A DNA stretch of 64,000 nt from an uncultured Leptospiraceae bacterium (lineage in GTDB: Bacteria; Spirochaetota; Leptospiria; Leptospirales; Leptonemataceae): positions 46,921 to 110,920 of the forward strand of contig CAZQKZ010000005.1 in the NCBI GenBank assembly GCA_964594095.1. Direction: 5' to 3'. Position numbers and translations under genes: made by a program. Under the pieces are notes generated by a model that had not been told where the DNA came from, searched no databases, and saw only the letters and a program-made list of their open reading frames with translations. Positions 25,495 to 34,929 of this stretch are shown piece by piece (positions within the stretch are counted from its first letter, which is position 1; each line of letters starts with the position of its first letter).

Positions 25495-28095
25495 TTACCA
25501 GCCTTCCCTGTCATAAAATGCATAGCGGGAATCAGGCTGCTGCGGGCTTCCGGTTTCGCCTTCCGTCCGGGAATTCCGGCCTTTGTTTTCTTCCGTTTTT
25601 TTCCGTAATTCAGCCTCAATGGTATCGAGCTCCTCACCGTAAATAAACTTCAGCACATCCTTAAAGTATACTGCATAATTTACTGTAATACCGTTCCGGA
25701 TATGGTCAGGCAGTTCATCAAAATCCTTTTTGTTTTCGGACGGAAGAATTATTTCGAATACTCCGGCCCTTCTTGCCGCGATGGTTTTTTCTTTTACTCC
25801 GCCAATCGGCAGCACCTTACCTGTCAGAGTCAGTTCCCCGGTCATTGCCACACCGCTGCGTACCGCCCTCCCCGATGCAAGCGAAAAAAGCGCCAGAGCC
25901 ATAGTAATCCCCGCAGAGGGTCCGTCTTTGGGAGTAGCTCCTGCCGGAACATGAATATGTATAAAATTTTTGTCGAAAAATCCGCTTAAATAATCAACAG
26001 AGCGAATAAGTGAATAAGCAATTTCGGATGATTCCTCCATTACTTTTCCAAGCTGGCCTGTCTGCTTCAGACCCGGGTTTTTGCTCATGATTCCTTTGGC
26101 TTCAATATAAAGAGTGGCTCCGCCCATGCTGGTCCAGGCAAGACCCAGAGCCACACCGACGACATCTTTATTATAAAGTTCTTCGTCGGAAAAAACAGGC
26201 TTCCCGAGATATTCTTCAACAATGTCCTTAGTGACTGTGACCGGTATTTCGCTTTTTATTTCATTTTCACTGCTTTGATTTTCCACGATTTTCCGGGTAA
26301 GCCGGCGCATAATCTTTTTAATCTGATTATCCAGATTGCGCACGCCTGATTCCCTTGCATACCGGTCGATCACAAATACCAGGGCTTCTTCGCTGAATTC
26401 AATCCCTCTTCCTTCAAGGCCGTGATCTTTCAGCTGCCTTGGTATAAGATAACGCTTTGCAATCTCTTTCTTTTCCTCAAGAATGTAACCTGAAAGAGTT
26501 ATAATTTCCATTCTGTCAAGAAGAGCGGGCGGAATGGTATCCAGCTGATTCGCTGTTGTGACAAACAGGATTCCGGAGAGATCAAATCTCACATCCAGAT
26601 AATGATCAAGAAAATCCTTATTCTGTTCGGGATCAAGCACTTCAAGAAGAGCCGAGGCAGGGTCTCCGTTAAAACTTTTACCGACTTTATCAATTTCATC
26701 GAGCATAATGACAGGATTGGCTGTTCCGGTGCGTTTCAGGGACTGAAGCAGTTTACCTGGCATGGCACCAATGTAAGTGCGCCTGTGCCCTTTGATTTCC
26801 GCTTCATCCCGCATACCTCCCAGGGAAAACCGGAAAAATTTACGGTTTACCGCATCGGCAATAGATCGGCCAATCGAGGTTTTCCCTACACCAGGCGGAC
26901 CCACAAGACAGATGATGGATCCGGAAAGCTTTCCTTTGAGAGATGCCGTGCTTATAAATTCAAGGATGCGGTCTTTTACATCTTCCAGACCGTAATGGTC
27001 CCGGTCGAGAATTTCCTTTGCCTGGGCAATATCCAGCCGGTCTTCAGAAAAAACTCCCCATGGCAGTTCTGTAAGCCAGTCGAGATAGGTGCGGCTTACA
27101 TGGTATTCCGGACTTGCCGGTTCCAGCAGCCGGAACTTGTCCATTTCCTCATCAAAGACCTTCTGGGCTTCTTCGGAAAATTTAAGTTTAGCAACCCGTT
27201 TCTGAAATTTTTCGGCTTCAGCTGTTTTATCGTCTTTTTCAAGACCCAGTTCTTTTTTAATGATTTTCAGCTGTTCATTCAGAAAAAACTGTTTCTGCTG
27301 TTTAGAAATCTTCTCTTCGATAGTCTGCTTAATTTTTTCCTGAAGACGGCTTACTTCGATCTCCTGCTTAAGTAATATAAGAATTTTATTGGCCCTGGCA
27401 ATCAGATCCGTGGTTTCCAGTATCTCCTGAAGTTTTTCCCCTTCGGCCGTGGTCATGGAGGCAATCATATCCATCACAACCCCTGGTTTTTCAAAAGTTA
27501 TGTGCGACATGAGAATCCGCAGCTGCTCCTGAAAAAGAAAATTCAGTTTCAGAAGTTCCTTAACTGAGTTAATAATGGCCATTGTATAAGCCCGCAGCTC
27601 TTCCCCGAGCTTTTCTTCCGGCTCATAGAAATACTGAACTTCCCAGGTTATAAAAGGGTGAGTTCCGTTTGCTTTAATTTTTTTAAATCTGCGGATGCCC
27701 TGAACCAGAACCTGAACTGTGTCGTCGGATACAGGTATAACTTTATGAATACGCAGCACCGTTCCGTATTCGTAAAGCTGGGATTCAAGCGGATTATCCT
27801 CAGAAAGCTCTTTTGCAAGAACGCTTCCCATGACGCGGTGCTCTGTGTCGTAGGCTGCTTTAATCCCATCCAGAAGAATAGACCCTGAAAACACAAGGGG
27901 GACCATCATACCTGGGAATACGGGTCTTTGTATTAATGGAAGGATGATGAGTTTTTCAGGCAGAACTTCCGAGGCAACTACGATGCTTTCTTCTGAGTCT
28001 TCACCCATTCTCGAAGCAAATTCCTCCCCAAGCTCTTCTGCCTCTTCTTCTGTAAGTTCATCATCGGAATCATCTATAATTTCATATTCACCCAT
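25495..28095 (-). CDS. lon: ATP-dependent Lon protease (endopeptidase La)
   Basis: LON N-domain, GPPGVGKTS, DEIDK, PKDGPSAG catalytic Ser motif, acidic N-terminal extension. Confidence 0.95.
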   Translation of the reverse strand: MGEYEIIDDSDDELTEEEAEELGEEFASRMGEDSEESIVVASEVLPEKLIILPLIQRPVFPGMMVPLVFSGSILLDGIKAAYDTEHRVMGSVLAKELSEDNPLESQLYEYGTVLRIHKVIPVSDDTVQVLVQGIRRFKKIKANGTHPFITWEVQYFYEPEEKLGEELRAYTMAIINSVKELLKLNFLFQEQLRILMSHITFEKPGVVMDMIASMTTAEGEKLQEILETTDLIARANKILILLKQEIEVSRLQEKIKQTIEEKISKQQKQFFLNEQLKIIKKELGLEKDDKTAEAEKFQKRVAKLKFSEEAQKVFDEEMDKFRLLEPASPEYHVSRTYLDWLTELPWGVFSEDRLDIAQAKEILDRDHYGLEDVKDRILEFISTASLKGKLSGSIICLVGPPGVGKTSIGRSIADAVNRKFFRFSLGGMRDEAEIKGHRRTYIGAMPGKLLQSLKRTGTANPVIMLDEIDKVGKSFNGDPASALLEVLDPEQNKDFLDHYLDVRFDLSGILFVTTANQLDTIPPALLDRMEIITLSGYILEEKKEIAKRYLIPRQLKDHGLEGRGIEFSEEALVFVIDRYARESGVRNLDNQIKKIMRRLTRKIVENQSSENEIKSEIPVTVTKDIVEEYLGKPVFSDEELYNKDVVGVALGLAWTSMGGATLYIEAKGIMSKNPGLKQTGQLGKVMEESSEIAYSLIRSVDYLSGFFDKNFIHIHVPAGATPKDGPSAGITMALALFSLASGRAVRSGVAMTGELTLTGKVLPIGGVKEKTIAARRAGVFEIILPSENKKDFDELPDHIRNGITVNYAVYFKDVLKFIYGEELDTIEAELRKKTEENKGRNSRTEGETGSPQQPDSRYAFYDREGW

Positions 28096-28146
28096 ATTAA
28101 GCCTCCATCTTTTCTGAATGCGGCCCCTCTCAGACGAGTGACCTTT

Positions 28147-29283
28147 TTAAAGAAACCAGCGGATATTATACCAGAATGCTTCTTTGATTCTGTTCAGCAT
28201 GGGACGCGCTTTCCATTCTGTCAGCTGTATCTCCTCTGCATGGTTCCATTCGTCCAGAAACCTTCTGTCGGTAACTGAGACAGTTTCAGGATCATTAAAT
28301 AAAAAATCAACCTCATAATTGTGGAAAAAACTTCGGTAATCCATATTCGATGATCCTATGATTCCGGTAGTTCCGTCAGAGGAAAGAACTTTTGCATGAG
28401 AAAATTTTTCCTTTCGTTCACTGATTCTTACACCTTTTTTTAACAACGTGCTGTAAACGGCCCTTCCTGCCCACATGGCAGCCTGAGCATCGGATACAGA
28501 GTTCAGCAGCAGTCTTACGTCCGCCCCTTTTGCGGCAGCCCGGCGCAGTGCGGCAAGCATCGTGATTCCGGGTACAAAATATGGTGTTTCTATATATAAA
28601 TTTTTTTCTGTTTTACGGATAATCTGCAGAAATACCCTTCGGTGAATCAGTCTTTGTATAAGACCGATATTATCAAAAAAAAGTCCTCTGGGTTTTTCCG
28701 AAACCTGAACAGCCCGGATCCTGCTGAGCCAGGAACGTACGGATCCGGCAGATCTGGATACAGGAAGCCGGATTCCGTGATAAAACCGGCCCCAGGCCCT
28801 TTCGAAAATCTCCCCGGCCGCCCTGCCCTGTGAGACCCCCTGAATCCGGATCATGCAGTCAATCCAGGCCTGATTACCGGACTGACGGCGGCTTATGGCA
28901 TTCTTAATATTCATGCCCCCGATATACACGATCTTCCGGTCTATTATAAAAAGTTTTATATGATTCCGTCTGTTCACTGACATCGAGAAAAGTGAGAGAA
29001 GACTCACAGGCTCAAAGATATGAAATCTGCTGATGGTGCTGCGGATTTTATCGAGACTGTAAGTTCCCAGATCCCAGGAACCAATGCCGTCCGTCATAAG
29101 TCTGACATCAAGTCCCTGGGCATTTTTTCCGGCCAGAAGGCGGAGAAATTCACTGCCTGTTTCATCATCTTTAAGTATGTAAACAGTTGCATGCACAGAA
29201 TATTCTGCTTTTTTAATATCTGAAAAGAGAGCTTCAAGGAACGCATCTCCTTCAAACCAGACTTCAGCGGAAAAATTCTGCAT
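28147..29283 (-). CDS. phospholipase D / cardiolipin-synthase-family protein
   Basis: Two HKD motifs: HIKLFIIDRKIVYIGGMN and HAKVLSSDGTTGIIGSSNMD. ATG at 29283 (20-nt overlap with capA-like). Confidence 0.8.
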   Translation of the reverse strand: MQNFSAEVWFEGDAFLEALFSDIKKAEYSVHATVYILKDDETGSEFLRLLAGKNAQGLDVRLMTDGIGSWDLGTYSLDKIRSTISRFHIFEPVSLLSLFSMSVNRRNHIKLFIIDRKIVYIGGMNIKNAISRRQSGNQAWIDCMIRIQGVSQGRAAGEIFERAWGRFYHGIRLPVSRSAGSVRSWLSRIRAVQVSEKPRGLFFDNIGLIQRLIHRRVFLQIIRKTEKNLYIETPYFVPGITMLAALRRAAAKGADVRLLLNSVSDAQAAMWAGRAVYSTLLKKGVRISERKEKFSHAKVLSSDGTTGIIGSSNMDYRSFFHNYEVDFLFNDPETVSVTDRRFLDEWNHAEEIQLTEWKARPMLNRIKEAFWYNIRWFL

Positions 29284-30451
29284 TTTTACGGTTAATCTCA
29301 GACGCTGCCTGACGCGAAGGGGCAAGGTGCTCTGTGATATCCCGGTAGAAAAGCTCCATTTTAGTCCGGTAGCTGCCTTTAACAGGGCTTTCCGGATTGT
29401 TCAGGTGTTTTTCAACCGGGATAATAAAATGCCCCGGTCTCGGCCCCCCGTACTGAGAATAGACCCACACCGGAATATAGTCTATATCCCCGAATAAAAG
29501 ACCTGGTCCTTTGGGATTTTTAATGAACTTAAAATTAAATATTTTTCCGCCGTCGGTGTAACGCTTCACCTGGCTTGATATGAAATTACCCAGAGAATAA
29601 GCAGCAAGGCGCGGTTTTCTGATTCCGTAACGGTCTGTAACTTCCTTCACTTCAAAGGGCTGCAGCACATGCGGATGACCTCCGATCACAATATCTGCTC
29701 CTTCAGAGAACGCAAAATCAGTCATTTCCTTCTGGAAAGAATCAGGGAACCGGATATATTCGGCACCATAATGATAAAGGACAATAATGGCATCAGCATT
29801 CTGTTCCCGGGCAGCCGCTATATCGTACGATATATTTTTTTTATCGATTAAATTAACAATTTTTCCGGCCGGTATGCGGATTCCGTTGGTTCCGTAAGTA
29901 TAGTTTAAAAACACAATTCTGTGCCCTTTTCTTTTGATTACTGTGACCCTCTCTCTTGCATAGGAATCCGGATCAGGCCAGGTGCCTGTGGAGTGCATTC
30001 CGGAAGACCTGACCACCTCAATTGTGCGTACAAGGCCGGAAGCGCCTTTATCAAGGGAGTGGTTGTTTGCGGTGGTTATGAGGTTGAATCCGGTATCTTT
30101 CAGTGCAGTGGCCAGGGAATCGGGAGCACCGAATTCAGGATAACCGGAAAAGCGCTTCGGGTCTCCCGGCAGAGTCGTTTCGAGATTCGCTATATTAAAA
30201 TCGGATTTACCGATATAATCCCTGACTTCCTCAAAGCTTTTGTGATAATTCCAGCAGCGGCAGCTTTCTTCCCATGCAGTGCGAAGCTGGGTTTCATGCA
30301 CCATGACATCCCCCACCGCTGTGATACTCACAGGTGCTATCCGGTCGGAATCGGTGCCCTGTTTCTTAAGATTACCTGTACAGGCAGAAATCAGTGCCGC
30401 GGACAGCAGCATCAGCGGAGTCATTTTTTTCAGGGAAAATAAAGTTCTCAT
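29264..30451 (-). CDS. CapA-family (PGA_cap metallophosphatase-like) lipoprotein
   Basis: Lipobox LLSAALISAC. GDVMVH, TANNHSLD and GGHPHVLQ motifs. Confidence 0.8.
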   Translation of the reverse strand: MRTLFSLKKMTPLMLLSAALISACTGNLKKQGTDSDRIAPVSITAVGDVMVHETQLRTAWEESCRCWNYHKSFEEVRDYIGKSDFNIANLETTLPGDPKRFSGYPEFGAPDSLATALKDTGFNLITTANNHSLDKGASGLVRTIEVVRSSGMHSTGTWPDPDSYARERVTVIKRKGHRIVFLNYTYGTNGIRIPAGKIVNLIDKKNISYDIAAAREQNADAIIVLYHYGAEYIRFPDSFQKEMTDFAFSEGADIVIGGHPHVLQPFEVKEVTDRYGIRKPRLAAYSLGNFISSQVKRYTDGGKIFNFKFIKNPKGPGLLFGDIDYIPVWVYSQYGGPRPGHFIIPVEKHLNNPESPVKGSYRTKMELFYRDITEHLAPSRQAASEINRKNAEFFR

Positions 30452-30551
30452 AGCTCTGTGTCAGCAGAAACCGGTCAGTGGAATCTGAAAAGTATTTTTC
30501 GGAAACGGAAAACGATTTACATTCAGGAAGCATGCCGGAAACCTTATTTTT

Positions 30552-31784
30552 ATGCACAGTTATAACACATGGAAAGCCAGAGCAGTTCTGTATTTCAAAG
30601 GTATAGGAATGGGAGGCGCCGACATCATACCGGGAGTCTCCGGAGGAACTATTGCACTGATCAGTCATATTTATGACAATCTGATTGAAGCGATTGCAAG
30701 TGTCAAAGTCCGGCACGCAGCAGATCTGCTGCTTCTGATTTTTACCTTTCCCAATACAGATAAAAGAAAATTCTATCTCGAAAGGCTCTCAGAGATTCAC
30801 TGGAATTTCATTCTGACTCTCGGGGCCGGTATTCTGACCGGAATTCTGAGTATGTCACGGGTCATTCCGTATTTTATGGAAGAATATCCTTTTTTTATGT
30901 ATTCTTTTTTCTTTGGTCTGATCGTCCTTTCCGCATTTATACCTTTCCGCGAAATGAAAAAGGAATTCACTGAATTTGTACTTGTTGCCTTCTTTGCAGC
31001 GGCGGCATGGATCTTCACGGGTTCCTCTGCCGTTTCTGATGCTGCGGTTACAATGCAGAAAACCATTGCAGCCGATGGTCAGACTTCCTCCCTGACCTAT
31101 ACCGCCGGAATGAGCGGAGAATGGAAACTGGATCTTAATGCGGATGAGTTTCCTGCCTCTTATCAGGCCCAGGTTAAAACTCCGTCGGGCGAATCCCTTG
31201 GCAGTTTCAGCATTACCCTCTCTCTGACCGAAAAAAACGGAAAACCAGATGTATCAGCGGAAATAAGCGAGAATCTTGAAAAACAGGGAGTGTTTTTAAG
31301 AAAATCAAGATTTAATCCTGATCCGGCAGGGGGCCCCGCAGCGGTAACTGTGATTCTGGCCCTCTCTGAAGACACGGCCGGCGGCTATCTGCATCTTTTC
31401 TTCAGCGGTGCGGTAGCCATCTGTGCTATGATTCTGCCTGGTATTTCCGGAGCTTATGTCCTGGTTCTTACCGGTCATTACAAAGAGGTACTCGAAGCCA
31501 TTCATAATTTTGATATTGCTACCCTCGGAGTTCTGGGAGCCGGAATTCTAACTGGCATAATGAGTTTTATTAAAATTCTGCAGTATTTACTGAAACACTA
31601 TCACAGCATGACAATGGCTGCTCTGACCGGTCTGATGATCGGAAGTCTCAGAAAAATCTGGCCTGGGCATTATCTATCAGGAGATGAATCCACCCTCTGG
31701 CTCTTTTACGGGGCGCTGATTGCGCTTTTCGGTGGATTCCTGATCTGGCTTCTGGAGACTGTTTCCCGGAAAATCGAAAATTGA
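30552..31784 (+). CDS. DUF368 (PopT-like undecaprenyl-phosphate translocase family) membrane protein with a large central insertion
   Basis: Two half-repeat motifs IIPGVSGGTIALI and ILPGISGAYVLVL. 410 aa, versus roughly 300 aa that I recall as typical. Confidence 0.75.
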   Translation: MHSYNTWKARAVLYFKGIGMGGADIIPGVSGGTIALISHIYDNLIEAIASVKVRHAADLLLLIFTFPNTDKRKFYLERLSEIHWNFILTLGAGILTGILSMSRVIPYFMEEYPFFMYSFFFGLIVLSAFIPFREMKKEFTEFVLVAFFAAAAWIFTGSSAVSDAAVTMQKTIAADGQTSSLTYTAGMSGEWKLDLNADEFPASYQAQVKTPSGESLGSFSITLSLTEKNGKPDVSAEISENLEKQGVFLRKSRFNPDPAGGPAAVTVILALSEDTAGGYLHLFFSGAVAICAMILPGISGAYVLVLTGHYKEVLEAIHNFDIATLGVLGAGILTGIMSFIKILQYLLKHYHSMTMAALTGLMIGSLRKIWPGHYLSGDESTLWLFYGALIALFGGFLIWLLETVSRKIEN

Positions 31785-31801
31785 TTTTTTCAGAACAGCT
31801 C

Positions 31802-31830
31802 TTGACTTTACTGTAAGGATGCACTATACT
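31802..31830 (+). promoter_or_regulatory. near-consensus sigma-70 promoter of the nfeD-stomatin operon
   Basis: TTGACT (31802-31807), 17 nt, TATACT (31825-31830). ATG at 31845. Confidence 0.55.
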
Positions 31831-31844
31831 GTCAGTGCATCCTT

Positions 31845-33242
31845 ATGATTTTACAATTACCGAAAACACCCTTTAAAAGCATTGCTGTATTTTTTTCAGC
31901 CGTTATCCTTTCCTCCACTTTCTTTATTTATGCAGAAGAACCGGCCGAAGCACCGGTTTCCGGCATCATTTATCGTATCCGGCTGGAAGGACCTGTTACA
32001 CCCTCTCTGAAAGAACGGCTGACTCAGGCAATAAAGAAAGCAGAAGAAAACAATGCCAAAGCTCTGATTGCCGAACTCGATACCCCAGGAGGACTCATGA
32101 GCTCAATGGACGATATGATCCGTTCTATTATGGTATCGTCCGTTCCGGTCATCACTTATGTGGGACCAGCAGGGTCCACCTGCGGTTCAGCGGGAGTATA
32201 TATTCTGTATTCGTCTCATCTGGCAGCAATGGCTCCAGCCACAAATCTGGGTTCTGCCACTCCGGTGACCATGGGAGGTCAGCCGCAGCCATCCGATCCT
32301 TCCTCCGAAGAAACAACCGATGCCATCCCCGAAAAGGCCGGCACCGATGATTCCGTAAATTTAAAAAGAAAAACAATGAATCATGCTGTGGCGCAGATCC
32401 GGAGTCTTGCTGAATACCGGGGACGAAATGTAACATTTGCTGAAAAATCCATTACCCACGCCGAAAACATTACTTCCTCAGAAGCCCTGAAACGCGGAGT
32501 TATAGAACTCATTGCGGAGTCTCCGGAGGAACTGATCCGCAAGGCTCATGGTAAAAAAGTAAGGATGCTGACAGAAACCATCACTCTGGATCTGCAGGAT
32601 GCGGAAATAATCCTCATAGAAAAAGATGTCAGATCCGGTATTCTTTCGGTGATCAGTGATCCCAACATAGCCTATATATTTATGATGATCGGAATGCTCG
32701 GAATCATTGCAGAAATTCAGTATCCTGGTTCTGTATTTCCAGGGGTGGCCGGAGCCATATCACTTCTGCTGGGGCTGTATGCCATGCAGACTCTTCCGGT
32801 GAATTACACAGGTCTTGGTCTGATTGTGCTTGGTATAGTTCTGATGATCCTTGAAGTCAAAGTAATCAGTTACGGTCTTCTTACGATTTCCGGTATCGCA
32901 TCCATGATACTCGGATCGCTTATGCTGCTTCCGGGCGATGAAGCATTTTACAGTTTATCGTTTGCACTTGTAACGGGGTTCAGCATCGGCACGGGTTTAA
33001 TAACAGCCTCTATGGTTTATCTGGCTTCAAAAGCAATGAAATCCCATACTGTGAGTCTTGATACAAACCTCGAAGGGGCCGAAGCCGATGTCACATCAGC
33101 AGTATCCGCCTCATCCGGTTTTGTAAGACTGAACGGGGAGCTCTGGTCGGCAAGGATTACGGATGGAAGTCCCCTGCCCGCAGGCAGCCGCGTTAAGGTC
33201 ACCGGCAGAAAAGGAACTGTGCTTTATGTAAAAGCACTCTGA
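31845..33242 (+). CDS. NfeD-family membrane-bound ClpP-class serine protease
   Basis: Signal peptide, ClpP-like LDTPGGL...GSAG, central TM bundle, C-terminal OB-like NfeD domain (GELWSARI...VKVTG). Confidence 0.85.
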   Translation: MILQLPKTPFKSIAVFFSAVILSSTFFIYAEEPAEAPVSGIIYRIRLEGPVTPSLKERLTQAIKKAEENNAKALIAELDTPGGLMSSMDDMIRSIMVSSVPVITYVGPAGSTCGSAGVYILYSSHLAAMAPATNLGSATPVTMGGQPQPSDPSSEETTDAIPEKAGTDDSVNLKRKTMNHAVAQIRSLAEYRGRNVTFAEKSITHAENITSSEALKRGVIELIAESPEELIRKAHGKKVRMLTETITLDLQDAEIILIEKDVRSGILSVISDPNIAYIFMMIGMLGIIAEIQYPGSVFPGVAGAISLLLGLYAMQTLPVNYTGLGLIVLGIVLMILEVKVISYGLLTISGIASMILGSLMLLPGDEAFYSLSFALVTGFSIGTGLITASMVYLASKAMKSHTVSLDTNLEGAEADVTSAVSASSGFVRLNGELWSARITDGSPLPAGSRVKVTGRKGTVLYVKAL

Positions 33243-33299
33243 GCTGTCCTTATTATATATTTTTATTAAGGAATTAAAATTAAACTTCCGGAGTCACCA

Positions 33300-34058
33300 A
33301 TGATAGAAATGTTACTGCCTCTGATCGGTCTTCTGGTGTTTTTCATCATCAGTGCCATCAGAATTCTGAACGAATATGAACGCGGAGTTATTTTCCGGCT
33401 GGGCCGGTTTACCGCTGTAAAAGGTCCTGGTCTGATTATACTGATTCCTTTTATTGATAAAATGCAGAAAGTCAGTCTGCGGACCGTTGCTATGGATGTA
33501 CCGCCGCAGGATGTAATAACCCGCGACAACGTCTCCATTAAAGTGAATGCAGTTGTTTATTTCAGGGCACTCGATCCTGAAAAAGCAATTATTGAAGTTG
33601 AAGATTATCTGTATGCCACCTCTCAGCTGGCTCAGACAACGCTCCGCTCCATTATGGGAGAATCGGAGCTGGATGAAATTCTGTCGGGCCGGGAACAGAT
33701 CAATGAACATCTGCAGGCTGTGCTTGATAAACAGACAGATTCATGGGGTATTAAGGTCAGCATGGTGGAAGTAAAACACATTGACCTTCCGAATGAAATG
33801 CAGAAAGCTATGGCCAAACAGGCCCAGGCGGAAAGAGACAGGCGTGCAAGAATCATTTCTGCGGATGCGGAATACCAGGCATCCACCAAACTGGCAGAAG
33901 CGGCCAATGTAATAGCTCAGGCTCCTATGGCAATGCAGCTCAGGTTCCTTCAGTCAATGCAGGAAGTAACCAACGACAAGACCTCGATGTTCGTGCTTCC
34001 GATTCCGATAGATCTTTTCAAACCGTTTATGGATGCTGTTTCTAAAAAAGGAAAATAA
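33300..34058 (+). CDS. SPFH/band-7 stomatin-like protein
   Basis: N-terminal [39 protein letters not shown]. Confidence 0.9.
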   Translation: MIEMLLPLIGLLVFFIISAIRILNEYERGVIFRLGRFTAVKGPGLIILIPFIDKMQKVSLRTVAMDVPPQDVITRDNVSIKVNAVVYFRALDPEKAIIEVEDYLYATSQLAQTTLRSIMGESELDEILSGREQINEHLQAVLDKQTDSWGIKVSMVEVKHIDLPNEMQKAMAKQAQAERDRRARIISADAEYQASTKLAEAANVIAQAPMAMQLRFLQSMQEVTNDKTSMFVLPIPIDLFKPFMDAVSKKGK

Positions 34059-34075
34059 CAGATTCTCAGTTACCG

Positions 34076-34102
34076 CTGGCCGCTGCATGAGGCAGCTGCC
34101 AG
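34076..34102 (+). terminator. GC-rich hairpin after the stomatin gene (no U-tract)
   Basis: CTGGCCGCTGC / GCAGCTGCCAG, 11-bp stem with one mismatch and a 5-nt loop, 18 nt after the stop. Confidence 0.35.
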
Positions 34103-34200
34103 TGGGTAAATGAATGTCCGGTTGGCTCAGCGAATTGATCAGGCTATGGCCTTTTTAAGGGCTTTTACCTCCGGCAAAACCGACATTCATTCTTAACTTT

Positions 34201-34905
34201 TTATTTTGCAGCAGGCTGATCAGCACATCCGCCGTCTTTTCTGAGGGTCTGATAAAGTTTCAGTTCTTTTGTAAGGAATTTCTCGCGGTCAAAATCCTTG
34301 TTTTTATCGATTACAATGCTTTCACGGATTTCGTCGCGGAGTTTTCCTTCTTCCATGCGCATACGGTTCTGCTTAATGGACATCTCAGCCATATAAAGGC
34401 AGTCATCCAGCGGGAGGGGCCCTACACGGTCCGGATACTGTTTACGCAGCTCTTCGCAGGCAGTCTGTTTTTCTTCGGCTGAAATCTTAATCCGTTCTTC
34501 CAGCTTCTCCTGCAGGTAAAGCCTGATTGTGGTTTCAAGAACCACCTGACGCAGGATTTCTTTAATTTCCGGTTTTTCAGTGAAGCCTTCTTTCTGAGCT
34601 ACTTCCTGAATAATGAGCATCTGCCTGTATTCTTCATAATTGTTCTGTGGATCCAGTTTTTCAGTCAGTTCAGCAGCCATCTGATTCTGGATCAGATCCG
34701 GATTACACATGTATTTAGCAAAAGTTTCTTTTTCTGCACCTGTAAACATAGATGCCTTTTCTACATAAGCCGAATAATAATCCTCAAATTCTTTTGTAGT
34801 GATTTTATGACTGCCAATAGTCTCGATTCGGTCGCCTTGTTTCTGACAGCCTGCCGTTACCGCCAGAAATGCAGTCAGAAGCAGTCCAGTGAGTTTCAGT
34901 TTCAT
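34201..34905 (-). CDS. lipoprotein with a SurA-N-like chaperone look
   Basis: Lipobox LAVTAGC. IGSHKITTKEFEDYY start resembles SurA_N/PpiD-like domains. No PPIase motif seen. Confidence 0.45.
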   Translation of the reverse strand: MKLKLTGLLLTAFLAVTAGCQKQGDRIETIGSHKITTKEFEDYYSAYVEKASMFTGAEKETFAKYMCNPDLIQNQMAAELTEKLDPQNNYEEYRQMLIIQEVAQKEGFTEKPEIKEILRQVVLETTIRLYLQEKLEERIKISAEEKQTACEELRKQYPDRVGPLPLDDCLYMAEMSIKQNRMRMEEGKLRDEIRESIVIDKNKDFDREKFLTKELKLYQTLRKDGGCADQPAAK

Positions 34906-34929
34906 TAATTCAGATCCTCCGGTTAATGG

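Noticed and set aside
26602-27375. 257-aa plus-strand ORF inside lon. Similar long antisense ORFs occur at 10387-10917, 36106-36615, 50781-51365 and 61694-62311.
   Set aside because: Each lies entirely antisense to a gene with unmistakable family motifs. Their translations are low-complexity (F/K/R-rich) with no recognisable motif or SD, which is typical of spurious antisense frames.
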